A DNA stretch of 58,062 bases, filler included, from Perkinsus olseni (taxonomy: Eukaryota), in assembly GCA_013115125.1 (NCBI GenBank). It is 2 parts of 2 records of this genome, joined end to end, with 100 filler letters (N's around TTAATTAATTAA, not from the genome) between each part and the next. Parts side by side here need not be neighbours in the genome. Positions count along the whole stretch, not along the records: positions 1 to 28,983 come from JABANN010000437.1; 1 more part is not named here. One strand, written 5' to 3'. The notes under the pieces are model-generated. The model had not been told where the DNA came from. It made no database searches and worked only from the letters and a program-made list of their open reading frames with translations. Each line of letters starts with the position of its first letter. The first letter of the stretch is position 1. The position numbers and the translations under genes were made by a program. Below are positions 13,630 to 26,596 of the stretch, piece by piece.

Positions 13630-14820
13630 CTACTCGAGGCTGCTTGATACCATCTTGCGTGCTTCCTGTTCCGAAATCACCCGTATCAACTTGAATTGGT
13701 ATACAATCATATGCATCGGCAAAATCATCAACCTCAAATCGGAAGAACCGCACGAAACTTCGGAATGAATGTTCTCATAAATCACGGAATTCACACCCGT
13801 AGAACCAACGCTAAATGACATAGCCACCGCAGCCGAGCGAGGCGTTCTAAGACTCCAGCACGGAAGAATGCTAACGCCGTCCCTCGCCGAGGCTTCGTCT
13901 CGGGAAAAGCGTGCTTCGCGGCATACCCTTCTCGTCCAGATTCCCACATCATAAGTCATCGCGAGTGTCGAGGGACAGAGCTCGTTGGTCTTTAACCCAA
14001 CAGCTTCCAGAGCTTAAAAATCGTTCAAACCATGGCAAAGACGCACGACCGCAGAAGTATTCAGCAAGGTAGACGGACGCCGCCTCGAGCTCTGGTGATG
14101 CCGACTCAAATGGGGCAATAGGCGGGGAGGGCACACTTCGACACAAGCCGGAGGTCGTACCTTAGAGAGAGCGAACAAAATAAGTGCAACAAATGCACGC
14201 AAGCGGAACGAGCCCTTGGATTGACGCGGCTAAGCGCGTGATCAAACGGGGACCTGGGTGCGCGATACTCACTTAGTTTCCGAGAGAGCATCGCTGGACT
14301 CGTTGACGAGACGGTAGACGCAGCCACGCTGAACTACACGACTACACAAGTGATGGCCTGACAACAAGCAGAACACAAGAGTACCCTTGCACGGCTGGAA
14401 TCATGACCACCTGCTCGAGCGACCCCTAGGCGGAAGGCTTTGAGGTCTGCATGGTCTCTACAGGCCAGCTCTAACATCCCCCACTGTGCACAGTCATGGC
14501 TTGATAAAGATATGAATTGAACCGTATCAGAGGCATAGTATCTAGGTTGAAGGTTGATACATGATGAGAGGAAGCTCGTCGACTGTCGATTGGCTGAGAG
14601 AGCATCAGCTCGCCGAGGATAATGGACGACTCGAAAGATGTACTAGGAGAATGATTTGACAATTATTGAATCAGAATCTCACGTATAGCATTTGACGTCG
14701 AAGTCGGTATCATTGATGATCATGAATGGTAAGCATCCAGCCTCCTTCTTCCGGTATCTGTCGTGAATTCCCATCAACGGACGCAAACCATCATTGTCCT
14801 ACTGTTGCATGAGTATCCAC
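13630..14820 (-). CDS. hypothetical multi-exon protein (poorly resolved)
   Basis: Series of short open segments bounded by GTGAGT/GTACG donors and CAG/TAG acceptors on the minus strand; no family recognised. Confidence 0.3.
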
Positions 14821-14947
14821 ACCGCTGGCGCCGCCACTACTCCTACCCCGAACCCTACCCAGGATGCGTACCTAACCGTCGCCAACAAACTCAAGATTAG
14901 CAATACAAGCTAACAACCGGCACGGACGCTAAGTGTCCACGAACTAC

Positions 14948-15506
14948 GTCTACACCATTTCCAGACCTACTTTAGTAAAACCCCAGAGCAACTTAATAAA
15001 GCCCAGATCAAATTAGTAGAAGCCCAAAGCAGTTTGATTTTACGAAAAGACCAATTTAGTAGAGCCCAACAAAATCACTAACAAGTACGGAAAACTCACA
15101 ACGTCAGCCTACATTGAGTAAGCTCTCCTTATTCTACGAATCGCGGGTTAAAGTTTAATCCGTAAACATTCGAATTGGGGCTCCGACTGGCATGCCTTAC
15201 ATAGCTGAGCAACGAGGGTACAATGTTTGGGCGTGATTGAAGCAAAGTTGCAAATTGTATACAAAGTTGCATAGTAACCTCTCCACCCCTTTTTGAAGCA
15301 ACTTCTCACAGTACGGCAGGCGGTACTCTGCCTTCGCTCCACCACCTCTCCCGCCACTCGTGGGCCGGAGTCCCCGGGCCGGGAGGAGGGACGATCCGGA
15401 TGCGTCTCGCGTGCCGACTAAATTGCTTTGGGGTTTTACTAATTTGGGCTGGGCTTTATTAAATTGCTCTGGGATTTTACTAAGTAGGTCTGGAAATGGT
15501 GTAGTG
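14948..15506. mobile_element. non-autonomous TIR element, CACTA(En/Spm)-like
   Basis: About 85-bp inverted repeats 14950-15035 / 15420-15504 (CTACACCATTTCCAGACCTACTT..AGTAAAA.CCCAGAGCAA..). The right end reads CACTACACC on the minus strand; ~20-bp subterminal repeats (TTAGTAAAACCCCAGAGCAA-like). Left terminus is GTCTA and no TSD is evident. Confidence 0.75.
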
Positions 15507-15619
15507 ACCCGCGTTCGTGTTTCTAATACATCTCAAGCTCAGCACGAGAACGAACCATCGCTCCGCTGAGAGCATAGAGGTGATGCACTTATAGCGTTGT
15601 CGCATTGCAATACGGACTG

Positions 15620-17217
15620 GCTATGTTCTATGCCTCGTGACAACCTGGCAATCCTCTCTCTCCGTCACTCACCATCCCATCGCTGCAATCGAGGTCCCCC
15701 AGGACGCTGCCACTGTTGTCGTTGTTGTGCCCCACGGTATGAAGCCCAGAAAGTAATACGGTACCTTAGTGGAAGGTAGGTGGGCGAATGTAATGGTAGC
15801 GTTCGACTCACAGTGACTGAGCACGCCCCTACACCAGCCCCGATGGCGCCTCCGAGCCAGCTCAAGACTTTGGTGGATGCAGAGAGAGTCAATGCAACGT
15901 CTTTAAGGGCCTCTGAAAATGCAGTCGTGTTCCTCTACGTGCTCGGCCAGGTCAGAACTCACGCAGGAACAACCCGTTTGACATCCGTTTGCCATTTTCA
16001 CAGTAGTACGCCCAGTGAAGGTCGGTATCTGGCGGCGGGATGGCACCCGAGTGAGCGAATGTACGGCAGGAGTACCGAAACCGTTGGTCGAAGTATCGGG
16101 CAAGTTAGCAAGGCGAGCACGGTCAACCACCGCGTGAACGTTGTCTGGTCGTGGTCGACTGAGGACCCGGAAGGAGGGGCATACCAGCAACTGAAGGCTC
16201 CACTTGCTACTGGACAACAACCCTCGAACACCTTACAAACTGCAACCAGGTAAGGACGATCCTGCACTTAGCGGTTGCATCGTAGCCGATGACCTCTTGA
16301 TCACTGAGAGTTATACAGTCCATCCCTCTCTCATACCGCATTTCCACCACCTCACGTATATAACGTGTCGACTCTCCGTCGTCACTGCCTTGAAGACGTC
16401 AATGTCAGACATCACTGCGTCGGGCGCGGCATCCCGTAGTGACTCTGATGACGGTGAGCTGCTGTCCTCCTTGCCTCCTCCGGGCTGAGGTACGTATCCT
16501 ACTATGTGTGACCCTCGTCGTTCACTCCACGCTACTATCTGAAAATTATACCAGCCGCTCATTATCGCCGCGGGGTCGTTCATTAAGCCCATTCTGGAAC
16601 TCAGAATCGAATCTGGAACCGCATTCTACGTGAAAAGAAATCTATTCTACAATAGACTCTGAGTCTTAGAATTGGTCTACGAAACAGCGAGTGCTGCTAC
16701 TGATGCGAACCGCAGTGACCAGTGCCACGACCTCCTTCCTGCACTACTCAGCCCATCAACGATACTCACAGATGGCAACTTCCCTATCAGACCACCACGT
16801 GCCAGCTCATTACCTTCAAGGCCTCATATTCCGCCCTCGCTAGACACTCTTCCACAGCCGGTATAGCTACACTGACAGCCTCGCAGACCCTCGTGGACAG
16901 TCTTTTGGTGTACAATCTGGCCTCACCCTGAGTAAGGTCAATGAGCGTCATTCGTGCTACCTCCACCCACCCTAGCGAGGTCTTCCGGCGTACCGTGTTT
17001 GGAGATCGGCGGTGCTATTTGCGTGAATCGAGCCAGGGCAACGTGCATAGGGCAGTCCTCAAAACGCATGAAACTACGAATGGATGCTACCAAAAGAGAG
17101 CGCGACGCCGACGACGAGCTTCTGCAGCAGTCAATCTTGCGCATCGCTCCGCTGTCACAGCGAAATTTGTCCCGCGTTTTTACCCCACACATCATCATCA
17201 GTTCGTACTACCGATGA
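15620..17217 (+). CDS. hypothetical multi-exon protein (poorly resolved)
   Basis: Chain of open segments (15780-16253, 16204-16488, 16672-16866, 16954-17217) with GTAAGG/GTACGT/GTATGA donors; no recognisable domain. Confidence 0.3.
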
Positions 17218-17436
17218 TGGTCCTCCATCTCTCGTCGCATGTTGAGTATTAATGTCCACGCGAGAGGTATCCACATGTAGATGGAGTCTCTTGTAGGGCT
17301 TACTGATTTGTTAGCAAACGCTCAGGCAGAGAATGATTGTGTCACGGTTTGACGGCCCTTCCTGGACGTATGCTTGTCCTCTCGGAGAAGTTTCTCTTGT
17401 AGTTCTTGATCGGGAAGCATCTCCAGTAGTCACTCA

Positions 17437-19693
17437 ATGTTTGGCAGTTGTGACAGTACTGACTGCAGTAGTGGCGGTGAAGACTCGGACAAACCTAGTA
17501 TACGAAAGCCCCTCCTTCCTCCCGCAGCCAAGGGGAGGAAGGAAACCAAGGGGCACCAACATCATCATACGTTACAAGACTTGGCTAACAATTTAGTCAC
17601 TAAATCTTGCAAGTCTAGGTTTGACGAGGCTTGCACTCTTTGCGGGTAATCCCTACTACCGATGCGTATCTTGGGTTCATCACTGATGTGATCCTCAGTT
17701 ACTCTATACCCGTCGCGTTGTCCTCAGCGGCACGTAATTTCCATGATATGACGGACCAATTCATCCTTGGCCACTTGGGAACAGAGTAGTAGCGGGGAAA
17801 ACCAGAGCTAGAAGTGTCAGAAAATAAGCGTGTTGAACTCACTTTAGAAGTGTCAGAAAATAAGCGTGTTGAACTCGCTCTGGCGGGTTACCAAGTTGCC
17901 ACACCTCTGTCTTGCTCTCGTTAGATACCTAGCGGCCTGTGGTGTTGCCGGTATCTGGACATTCCTGTTCGACGTTATGGTCCTCGAGTCCGTTATTCAA
18001 TTATCCACTTTATGTAGTCAGGCATTCGGTGCTGGTAAGTGAGGGACTTCGTACCGCCGCTACTCACCGAGTCGGTGAGTAGCGGTGACACCGACCAGGA
18101 GCTTCTCTATACAGTCTGTAATAACGAAGAAATGCCACATGTAAAACGAGGGCACTATGGCGCATGGGCAAGTGAGGCCACTAAACCACGCCACGCGCTA
18201 TAGAACTAATATGGGTTCCGAAGTTTGCATATGTCACGATGTTATGAGTATGAGAACGCCGAACCTTGCACCATTCTAGGTTCTGGTCAATACGCTGTTC
18301 ATTCCCTGAGAGGATGAGATTAAAGGACGGTTGCGTGTTGAATTTGATGGACTCTTGAGAGATTGTATGATATTTCTGTCTTTTATATTGAGACGCCCTA
18401 TAGATCAATAAACAACGTCTCTGTCGACATACCATGCATCAGGTAACTACACGCTGGTCGGCGAGTGGTTCCAGCTGGGCCTGTGTTGCTTTACCCTCAT
18501 GTGCGTTCCCGTTATTGTCACGCGGTGGTTCACTGCAGACTTTTTGGAGTTCATGGGCTTCGACGCTAACCTTGCTTATCTGGCCGGAGAATACACTACC
18601 TACTCCCAGTTGTCAATCCTCTGTGATGTGGTCTTCTTCTCCTGCCGGTCCTATCTCTCTGCGCAAGGGATAGTCAAACCTTCCATGATCATCGACAATG
18701 TGGCTGTCGTCGTGAACCTGGGAGTGGCGTATGTGATGACCTTCCCAATGGGACTAGGTCTCATTGGTGCTGCCATTGCCACAACCATAACTAGGTTTCT
18801 CCGTACCGTTATGTACATCCTCTATTGCTTCGCATGGAAGGGTTATCATAAGCGTACCTGGGATGGCTGGACCGCTAAGGCCCTGACGAACCCTAAGAGA
18901 TGGAAGATTCTCCTTGGACTAGCACTACCTGCAGCCTGGGGTGCTCTAACCGAGGAGATACAGTACGAGCTGCTGTGCTTCATGGCCGCTAAGATGGGCT
19001 CGGTCGTCATTGCTGCTCATAACCTCTCCCTCTCTATGATGGATCTTTTCTTTGTCTTCTCTACTGGTAGGCCGCCTGTCACCATTCACCTCTCCTCATC
19101 CTGCTATCACTCGGCTTGTCTTCAGGTATCGGCCAGGGCGTCGGCGTGCGTGTAGCTGCCGCCATCTCGTCATTCCGGATAGCAGATGCCAAGAGAACGG
19201 TAGAAGTTGGTCTCGAGCTCACCTTGGCATCGGGTGTTATCCTGGGTGCGGCGTACGTGGCCCTGTTGCCCTTCCTCGCTAAGGCGGCTTCCGACGACCC
19301 TGAAGTCCAGAGTCTTCTCAAGGGTCTATCTCCCTATGTGGCTGTGGGAATAGCTGCTATGATGTGCCTCACTCCGGCCTTCCAAGTTCTACTCAATCAA
19401 GGTCGCTCTAAGATATCTTCCAATATCATTGCGGTCTGCTGTTGGGTCGTGGGCTTCCCCATCTCTTACATCTACGGTCTTAAACTCGATGGAGGTGTCT
19501 ATGGTCTCTGGCTTGGCTTGATCGCTGGCTACGGCAGTTCGGTCATAGTCATGGTCCTCATCATTTGCAAGTACTATCCGCCTCTTCGTTTGACCCATTA
19601 CTGGTCTTTTTCAGGACCAACTGGATCAAGGTGTGCAGAGAAGCCCGGTTACGTTCGGAAGTGACCCGAGGCGTGGCTGCAGCAGCACAGTAG
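17437..19693 (+). CDS. MATE (multidrug and toxic compound extrusion) family transporter, 6 exons
   Basis: YSIPVALSSAARNFHDMTDQFILGHLGTE|YLAACGVA..LSTLCSQAFGAG|NYTLVGEWFQ..YLSAQG..GLGLIGAAIAT..LALPAAW..EEIQYE..AAHN..|GIGQGVGVRV..GGVYGLWLGL..|TNWIKVCREARLR; stop TAG at 19691-19693. Confidence 0.93.
17809..17876 (+). repeat. tandem duplication (36-bp period) in MATE intron 2
   Basis: TAGAAGTGTCAGAAAATAAGCGTGTTGAACTC at 17809-17840 and 17845-17876. Confidence 0.95.
18057..18085. repeat. perfect 29-bp palindrome in MATE intron 3
   Basis: CCGCTACTCACCGA-G-TCGGTGAGTAGCGG: 14-bp arms, 1-nt centre. Confidence 0.95.
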
Positions 19694-20457
19694 TGAACCA
19701 CCATTAGCCCAGAAGCGCCAGCCTTGACAATTCTAATAGGATGCCTCTTACCACTGTTGCTGCTGTTCTTCCGACATGTTCTTCTCTTGATGTAGTAGAC
19801 ACTGCTGTGTGGTACAACTGTCCTTCCCTGTGCCTGTCTTTGGGATGAGGTTACTTTTGTCGCCTTCGATGAATGCGAAGTTGTGATGATCTGTACTACT
19901 AATAGTCCTGGCAACCCATCCCTTGTGACAGTCTTAGAGGTGTGGTTGTTGCTGCCGTTGTTAACCATACTCTGTCGTCATGGCGAACATGGCTTTGACT
20001 GCTGCGGTTAGGCTCCCCTAACAACCATCTGAATTATCTCTGGAATGGCGTATTGTTACATTTGCCATTACTTATTCTCCTAAAACTATTACCAAAATCA
20101 CCACCGGTCACGACCATGCTCCAGCAACGACGACTGGCGTGCTACTAGGTGGGCAGCCCCTGTTGCTGGCGTGCCGTGGCCGTGTTGATGATGGTTATGC
20201 AAGCCGACGGATGCCGGTTGGTTTATAGTGCAGAAGGACATGAAGAATAATAACATCGAGAATACTAAGTCTTCTCTCTCATTATAATCTCACTGCTCCG
20301 GTTGTTATTCATTCGCTCATTCAGCCCTTCGGCTTAGGGCAGATGACAGTAGCGCTTTCTCGGAACAACAACCTACATCATGCAACCACTTCTTGCGTTG
20401 TCAGTACCGTTAAGGGTTAATATGAGGGAAGATCAGGACTCCTTGTTTGACGCCATT

Positions 20458-21602
20458 ATGAGGTTGATCTGCTCATCTGCCGTGTTGGCTGTCGCCGTCA
20501 TTCAGTACGTGTTTTCACAGCCCTACGAGCCCACTCCACTAGGCTACGACTATGCCGCTTTGGAGCCGTAAGTGCTACGAGGGTATCAGCATTAGAGATA
20601 GTTGGAGGAAGCCGTCCTCGATGATGATGTCATGCGTCTTCGTTGCTAGTTACATAGACGCTGAGACCATGCGTGTACATCATGTTGGCCATTATAAAGC
20701 GTACGCTGATAAGGTACATAGGGAGGGCGTAGTGTCGCTACAGTATGCTTATCACCCAACTCAGTTCTCCTCGGCGGCGCGTCAGCTCCGTTCGATGCCG
20801 GAGTATAAGTATCTGGCCAAACTGGGCATCGATGGCCTTCTTCTAAAGGTGATAGCCCGGTCGACTAGCCTGCAACAAGCCATCGCGTTCTCTCAGCTTG
20901 ATGAAGTCCCTGTGGCGTTGCGTGATAGGATTAGGAACAATGGCGGAGGGGTAATAAAGGGGAGCTTTGATGATGCCACCCGCTGGCAGATTCTGTTGTA
21001 ACGCCTCAGTACGTCAATCACGAACTGTTCTTCGCGAGTATGTCTAAGGACGGGGGAGGGGAGCCCCAGGGCGCTATCAGGAGGGCTATTGACCAGTAGG
21101 CTTTTACAGCGTAGGAGTTGAGAGGCATTTGACTCATTCAGAGATATGGGATCATTCTCGAAGTTCGTTTCTGGCTTCACAAGTCTCGCTGAGGGGCGCT
21201 TCGGCGCTGGCTGGATTTGGCTGGTGGTGGATACCTCGACTGAAGACAACACGTTGAAGGTAATCTTGAAATGCTGTCTCTTGATTGGTCTTATCTCTCA
21301 TCAGATACTATCGACCCAGAATCAGGATACCCCCCAAATGGTTTCCTGTAGCAAAGGAGGGCTGCTAGCCAGTCGACAACCTTGCGTTTTCCTCAGCCGA
21401 CTTGGTCCCTCTTCTCGGACTAGACGTGTGGGAGCATGCTTACTATCTCAAATACAAGAACAATAGACGTGCTTACATCGACGCTTGGTGGAATGTAAAC
21501 AGCAGCAGTAACAACTGAATGTGGCTGAGTTACCAAATGGCAGGTCGTCGATTGGTCCACCGTCAACGAGAGATACATTCAAGGGGGGTTCACTCATCTT
21601 GA
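20458..21602 (+). CDS. Fe/Mn-family superoxide dismutase, Mn-type signature, N-terminal signal peptide (multi-exon)
   Basis: [86 protein letters not shown]..|[40 protein letters not shown]; all four metal ligands present. Confidence 0.95.
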
Positions 21603-22037
21603 CTCGGACATGGTAGGTGTGGTATGAGCAGTAGATCATATTATGTTCGTCGATTCAGTTACCAGAGGGTGAATCCACCACTGAACGAGAGTTGTAGATG
21701 AGAACAACGGAGATGCTAGTCTGACGAAGCCGGTTTTCGGGGTTAGACTTAGAACTCACACACTCAGAGATGATGATGATGATGTTCACAAGCTGAATTT
21801 TATTAGTGTCCTCCGATAGCTGTTGAGTTCTGCAAAGTTACCAAGCGGCCATGGGCACGCCAAACCTCGCCCTGACCTGTTCTCAAAACCCTGCTACTCA
21901 CTGCAAAATTGAACTCAACCGCGATACACATATACTTGTCAGAAGAATTATTTAGTAAGTTACGTCCTGTTGGACAAGTCAGACTCGTAAGGGGATAGTA
22001 AGACACTTCATCATCGGCCATTGTCTTATTGTAATTA

Positions 22038-23777
22038 TTATCGGCCAGTATATCCCGGCCAGTGCTTCCGTTGCTGTTGGATATCCACTCTGAAGTATTG
22101 GCATCAGTCTGCTACCTTATTTGAAATACTTACTGAATGCTTCCGTTGGGGGCGCCAGGCATCTCCATGCCATTGAGTGCTTTCACCGCGGCAATCGCGC
22201 TATCCGGGTTGTCGTACAGTATGAAAGCATAGGACCTTGTGAGCGTTCCGATGTGAGCCTTTCTGAGACTGTGATGAGCTGATATTATTACCCCTTCCAT
22301 TCATGGAACGGTGGCTTGACGTCCAGCTTCAATATCTGCCCGAATGGCGCGAACATCGAGGTTAGCTCTTCCACTGGCACGTCATTGGCCAAGCCACCGC
22401 AATACACCGTACAAGGACCTGAAATTAGTGAATGACGACGACGGCCTCCAGGAGATCAGTCCTATCAATTTCATGCATAGCTATGAACTGGATTCTGAAG
22501 TACCTTCAAGACTGTTTTCCGCTATCGGTGGGGAGTCCTCCTTTTCCACGCAATCTTGAATAGTTCGAAAGAAAGCTTCTGGTGTGGGGCGTTTCAAGCC
22601 GTCTATCTCCATGTGGATGACTTTACTTGATGCTGACGGCTGAGAACCACTGATGCTTGGCCATTCGACGATGCTGCCAAGTTGAGCTCACGTTATTAGC
22701 AAAGAACATCGTTGAATTTGATAGAGCTCTCATGGCTTCAACCATTCTCTCGATCGAGTCGAAGGAGGCTACTCCGACTGCCTTACCGTCCTTGGTCGTA
22801 TCGATGCGTGCTGAGAAGGGAAGAACACTGGAGTGGGGTTCAGTGGGAGGAGGTATCTCAGGCGATGAGATAGCTAGGGTCACTGTACGCTCTACAGCAA
22901 TACCCAACCGTATTACTGTAGGGGCACTCATAGCCGGCACGTGCAAAAAAGTTCTTAAGATGTTCCCATGTTGTGCCTTCTGGAATATTATGGACCAAAC
23001 ACGTTGCTTCCTTGAGGCCTCGAGGGCCAAGGCCTCCACCTCCTCTGCCTTTCCCTTTCCCTTTACCGGATACACCGTCCTCCCATCTACCACTGTATGG
23101 GGATCTACTTCTTTCACGTGGTGGTCGAGCAGAGGGGGTAGGAGCGTCCCAGTCTGTTGCACTACCATGGAACCCCTTGCCGCCACCTTTACCCTTTCCA
23201 GCTCTACCCAGCTTAGGTTTGGCGTACTCAACTAATAGAGTGTACGGGCCACCAGTAGGCCAAGGTACTGTAAAGTTGTTCATGTGACTGATGGCATCTT
23301 GTGCTGACTCTGGGTATTGGAAGCGTACAAATACCAAAGCACCGCCGTCACCACGGAAGAGGACACTCTCTATCGGACCAAATTTACCAAACATATTTCT
23401 CACACCATTCTCATCCATGTCTGCTGGTAAATGACGTACGAATAATTGAGTCTTAGAGACCTCTGGTTCCTGGGGTGCATAATCATCCTGAACAGAACAT
23501 GTCCCTCTTGCATTGTTTCTGCTGTGAATCACTTTGTATCAATGACGCCACTTAACGTTTGTCATTTCTTTGTCAAATCTAAACTTATCATACACTATTC
23601 TCGTGTTCCCCTCATGCTGTTTACCACTGCCTACATGCAGTCTGTGACCCACAGCCCGCCTACCCTTTGTTCATAGGAGGACGAACCCCAGTTGCCTCCA
23701 TACCCGGAGTAGGAGGAACCTCTCCCTCTGTATGAGTTCCACCTTCCCTCGGGATCGTTGTAGTCGTCGAAGCCCAT
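22038..23777 (-). CDS. RNA-binding protein with three RRMs and G/R/K-rich linker (SR/hnRNP-like)
   Basis: RRM1 LFVRHLP..VFVRF; GKGKGRGG and RERSRSP linker; RRM2 VHNIPEGTTWEHLKNFF (SWQDLKD-like); RRM3 VYCGGLA..SYAFILY. Start MGFDDYNDPEGRW at 23777, stop TAA at 22038-22040. Confidence 0.88.
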
Positions 23778-25196
23778 GTCGAAGGCGGAGAAGGACAAGG
23801 ACGTAGATATACGGCTTTAGTGACGACGTTCAAAATCTCGCTATCTTGCAAACTCGCAATCCGTTACCGCGTGGCGGCGGCGCAGTTATATTCTCGCTCG
23901 CCAGATATTTCCCCTTCATCTTTACGCGCTCCCCAAATTTGCTTTTCCCGGCCCCTTATTTGTTAAAGAAGCGACAGGCTCGAGGGACGTTGTGGCTGAT
24001 TACGCTTTGTTAATCGAATACGCTTTACGCTAGGAGCTTTTGTGACAGAGACACTGAGTGTTAGATGTGAATGTGAGACTTGTGAAACTCACAATGTGTA
24101 TTAGTCTCGGTATCGTTCTCACTGTCTATGAACTCATTGTCTTTCTTCCTTCTGCCCGTCCTCGGATCAGCATCTTGAAAGAGCCTCCCCCTGATCATCA
24201 GCTTTCCTGGTCATTTACCAGGTGTCATCTGATCAGTAGTCTGTACCTCTTCCCCCTCCTGTGCGCCGTGTGCAACATGGAGACGGAGACGGTTCCTCCC
24301 AGCGGACAAACTTGTTCGTCACAAGTCGTAAACTGCCACGAACCCCAATTTCCTCCCTCTCGGAGCTGCCATACTAGTAAGCCCTGGTCTTCGAGTGGAT
24401 TCCGAAGTCTGGAATCCATTCTGGAGTTGATTTATCACAAACGTGAAGGGCGCGGCTTGCTGAGGTTTCACATCACGACTCCTGGAGCGTTGTCAGCGCA
24501 GCGTTGGCTGCCTGTTCGAGATTGAAGCCTCTCCCATCGTACTGTCCTTGCTTGCAAGTCGGAGGGGTGTTGATATTGGAGAGGCCGCTCTTGTGGGGTG
24601 AGTTCCCAAAGGAGGTTTCTCATCCCATCGATTGGTTTTAGGCTGAATTTTTCAGCAGTATTTGGTACTCGGACATTTTCTATGGGACTCCATTTTCAGC
24701 ATGGTCGTGTGTAGAAGCGTGTGATGATAGCCTGCGTTCATGCTCACGAACTCTTTTAAGGAGTTTGGGCGAGAGCCTACATCTTCTGGAGTGGTAGAAC
24801 AGCGGAGAGACTGAACCGGTTAAATCTCTACCGGAGAGAACATGATGCGCTGCTGAAATTCCTGTTAGTTACGGTTTCCTACGTAGACTGGGCGAAGAGG
24901 CGAATAATGGGAGAGACGGCAGCGTAGTAGTCGGTTGTAAAGGAAGAATATCAGTCTCAGTCAGTGTTAGAAAGAGCGCCAGTGGAAGCTCGCAACGAGG
25001 GGAATGAGGGCCGCATGCACCCAGGACGATCCTCAGCCGTGTTAGGGATGTCGAAGATCTCATATCTGAGTACTCTGCGTATTGACCTATCAACAAGGAT
25101 ATACTATATTCTTGTTAGGATGGTTAACAACGCGACAGTAGCGTCTTATTCCCTCACAGCTTAATCGCTCCTTGCGGTCACATTCGGTACCCCACA

Positions 25197-26596
25197 ATGA
25201 GTGCTTCCCTTCTATTTTATTTACTGACGTCGGTGCCTTTGTGTGAATCGACTGAATATGTTACGTCTAACAGTCTCCCGGCGGGAACCTACAAGGCCGT
25301 CACACGCAGAGAGGGTAAAGTGTGCCCTGAGCTCCCTCGTCTCATCGGCTTTGAACTGGTGGTTACTGATGGTGAAAAGGGGCAGCTAGCCACTTACAGT
25401 GCGGAGATTGGAGGTGTGGGCTCGGTGACCGGCCGTCGGGTAACTGGCATCGAAGAACCAGCTAAACTGGTGTGGTATGTTAAAGATACTACGAAACATG
25501 TGGGAAGCTTGCCGTGTTTTTGCGTTGTTTTCATTTTGAGCCTAAACAGCTTGCCTATAATTTCTTGACTGCCTTGTTTCCCAATCTAACCGGGACAGTG
25601 CGATCAACCAGCGAGATATTTTCACGACTCGCTTTTTGCCTGAGGAAGCTTGGTATCATCGTTGGGATCGAACCGGAGAAAAGAGATCGAGGAGTAATCG
25701 TCTCATATCATTACGGTGTCTTTCTGAAATCCAATACATCGGCTGATGACTCAGCTGTCGAAAGAGTGCCATTGAGGGCTACGCTAGTTGGCAAGAAGAG
25801 AAATTTGTTTGAGTTGGTGCCTGAAGGAACACCAGCGAAAGTCGCTAAAAGTTATCAAAAAGCGCTCCGAGAGGATAATGGTAATCTCCCTGGTGTGTCA
25901 TCAAACGTTATGAGTTTCCGAGAGCGGCGCGGCGCGGTTATGAGATCATTACTAGGAGTCCCTCAGGAAGCACCTCATGAGGAAAGATCAACTATCGACT
26001 CAAGTTGGCATGCTGACGAGCATCACACTGGAATGGATGCAGGATGCTTTGCCCTTAGTGTTGATTATCATGCAACGACCTCAGGTGGCGACGATGTGGA
26101 TCGCGAAAAAGCGGCACATCAGGGATCAAGCTCTGACGAGCAGCTTCCCACGAACACTGGGGGAGGAACGGGCGAATCAATCCCGGTCACGGCACCCGAC
26201 GGTGAGTATACGACGAGGGTGGAGCACATCACGAAGCTCACCGTGGACGTCAAAACTGACCCTCAAACCCATGAGCGTTGGGTTAAGCTAACCGTTGAGT
26301 TATGTAGATTTGAGTGGCCAGTGTATTTCAGTAAGGTACGTGTCTACAGCCGTGAGGGCTGTCTCTATCTCGATTACTCGAACGAAGACCACTCTATGGA
26401 TACTCCTCTCCTCGAGGCATGCCTTGAAGTTCAGCCCGTATCTTGGGATTCTTTCCGGATTTGTCAACGCGCAGGTGGTAGGTTGGCTTTCATGTTCAAT
26501 ACGAAGAGCTCCAATGACATGGGCGCTGGAAGTCCGAATACCTCCACCATCGAGATTGAGCTCGACAGAATCGGAGATAGCGGCCAGCTTGAGTAG
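25197..26596 (+). CDS. lineage-specific secreted hypothetical protein, apparently frameshifted near 25514-25568
   Basis: Signal-peptide-like MSASLLFYLLTSVPLCES; overlapping ORFs 25197-25568 and 25514-26596; two similar domain starts (LPAGTYKA, APDGEYTT) flanking a low-complexity linker. Confidence 0.6.

Noticed and set aside
22623-23287. Several long overlapping ORFs on both strands
   Set aside because: Alternative-frame and antisense shadows of the RRM gene.
24058-24525. 155-aa ORF and Cys/His-containing antisense ORF
   Set aside because: No coherent domain or splice structure could be supported.
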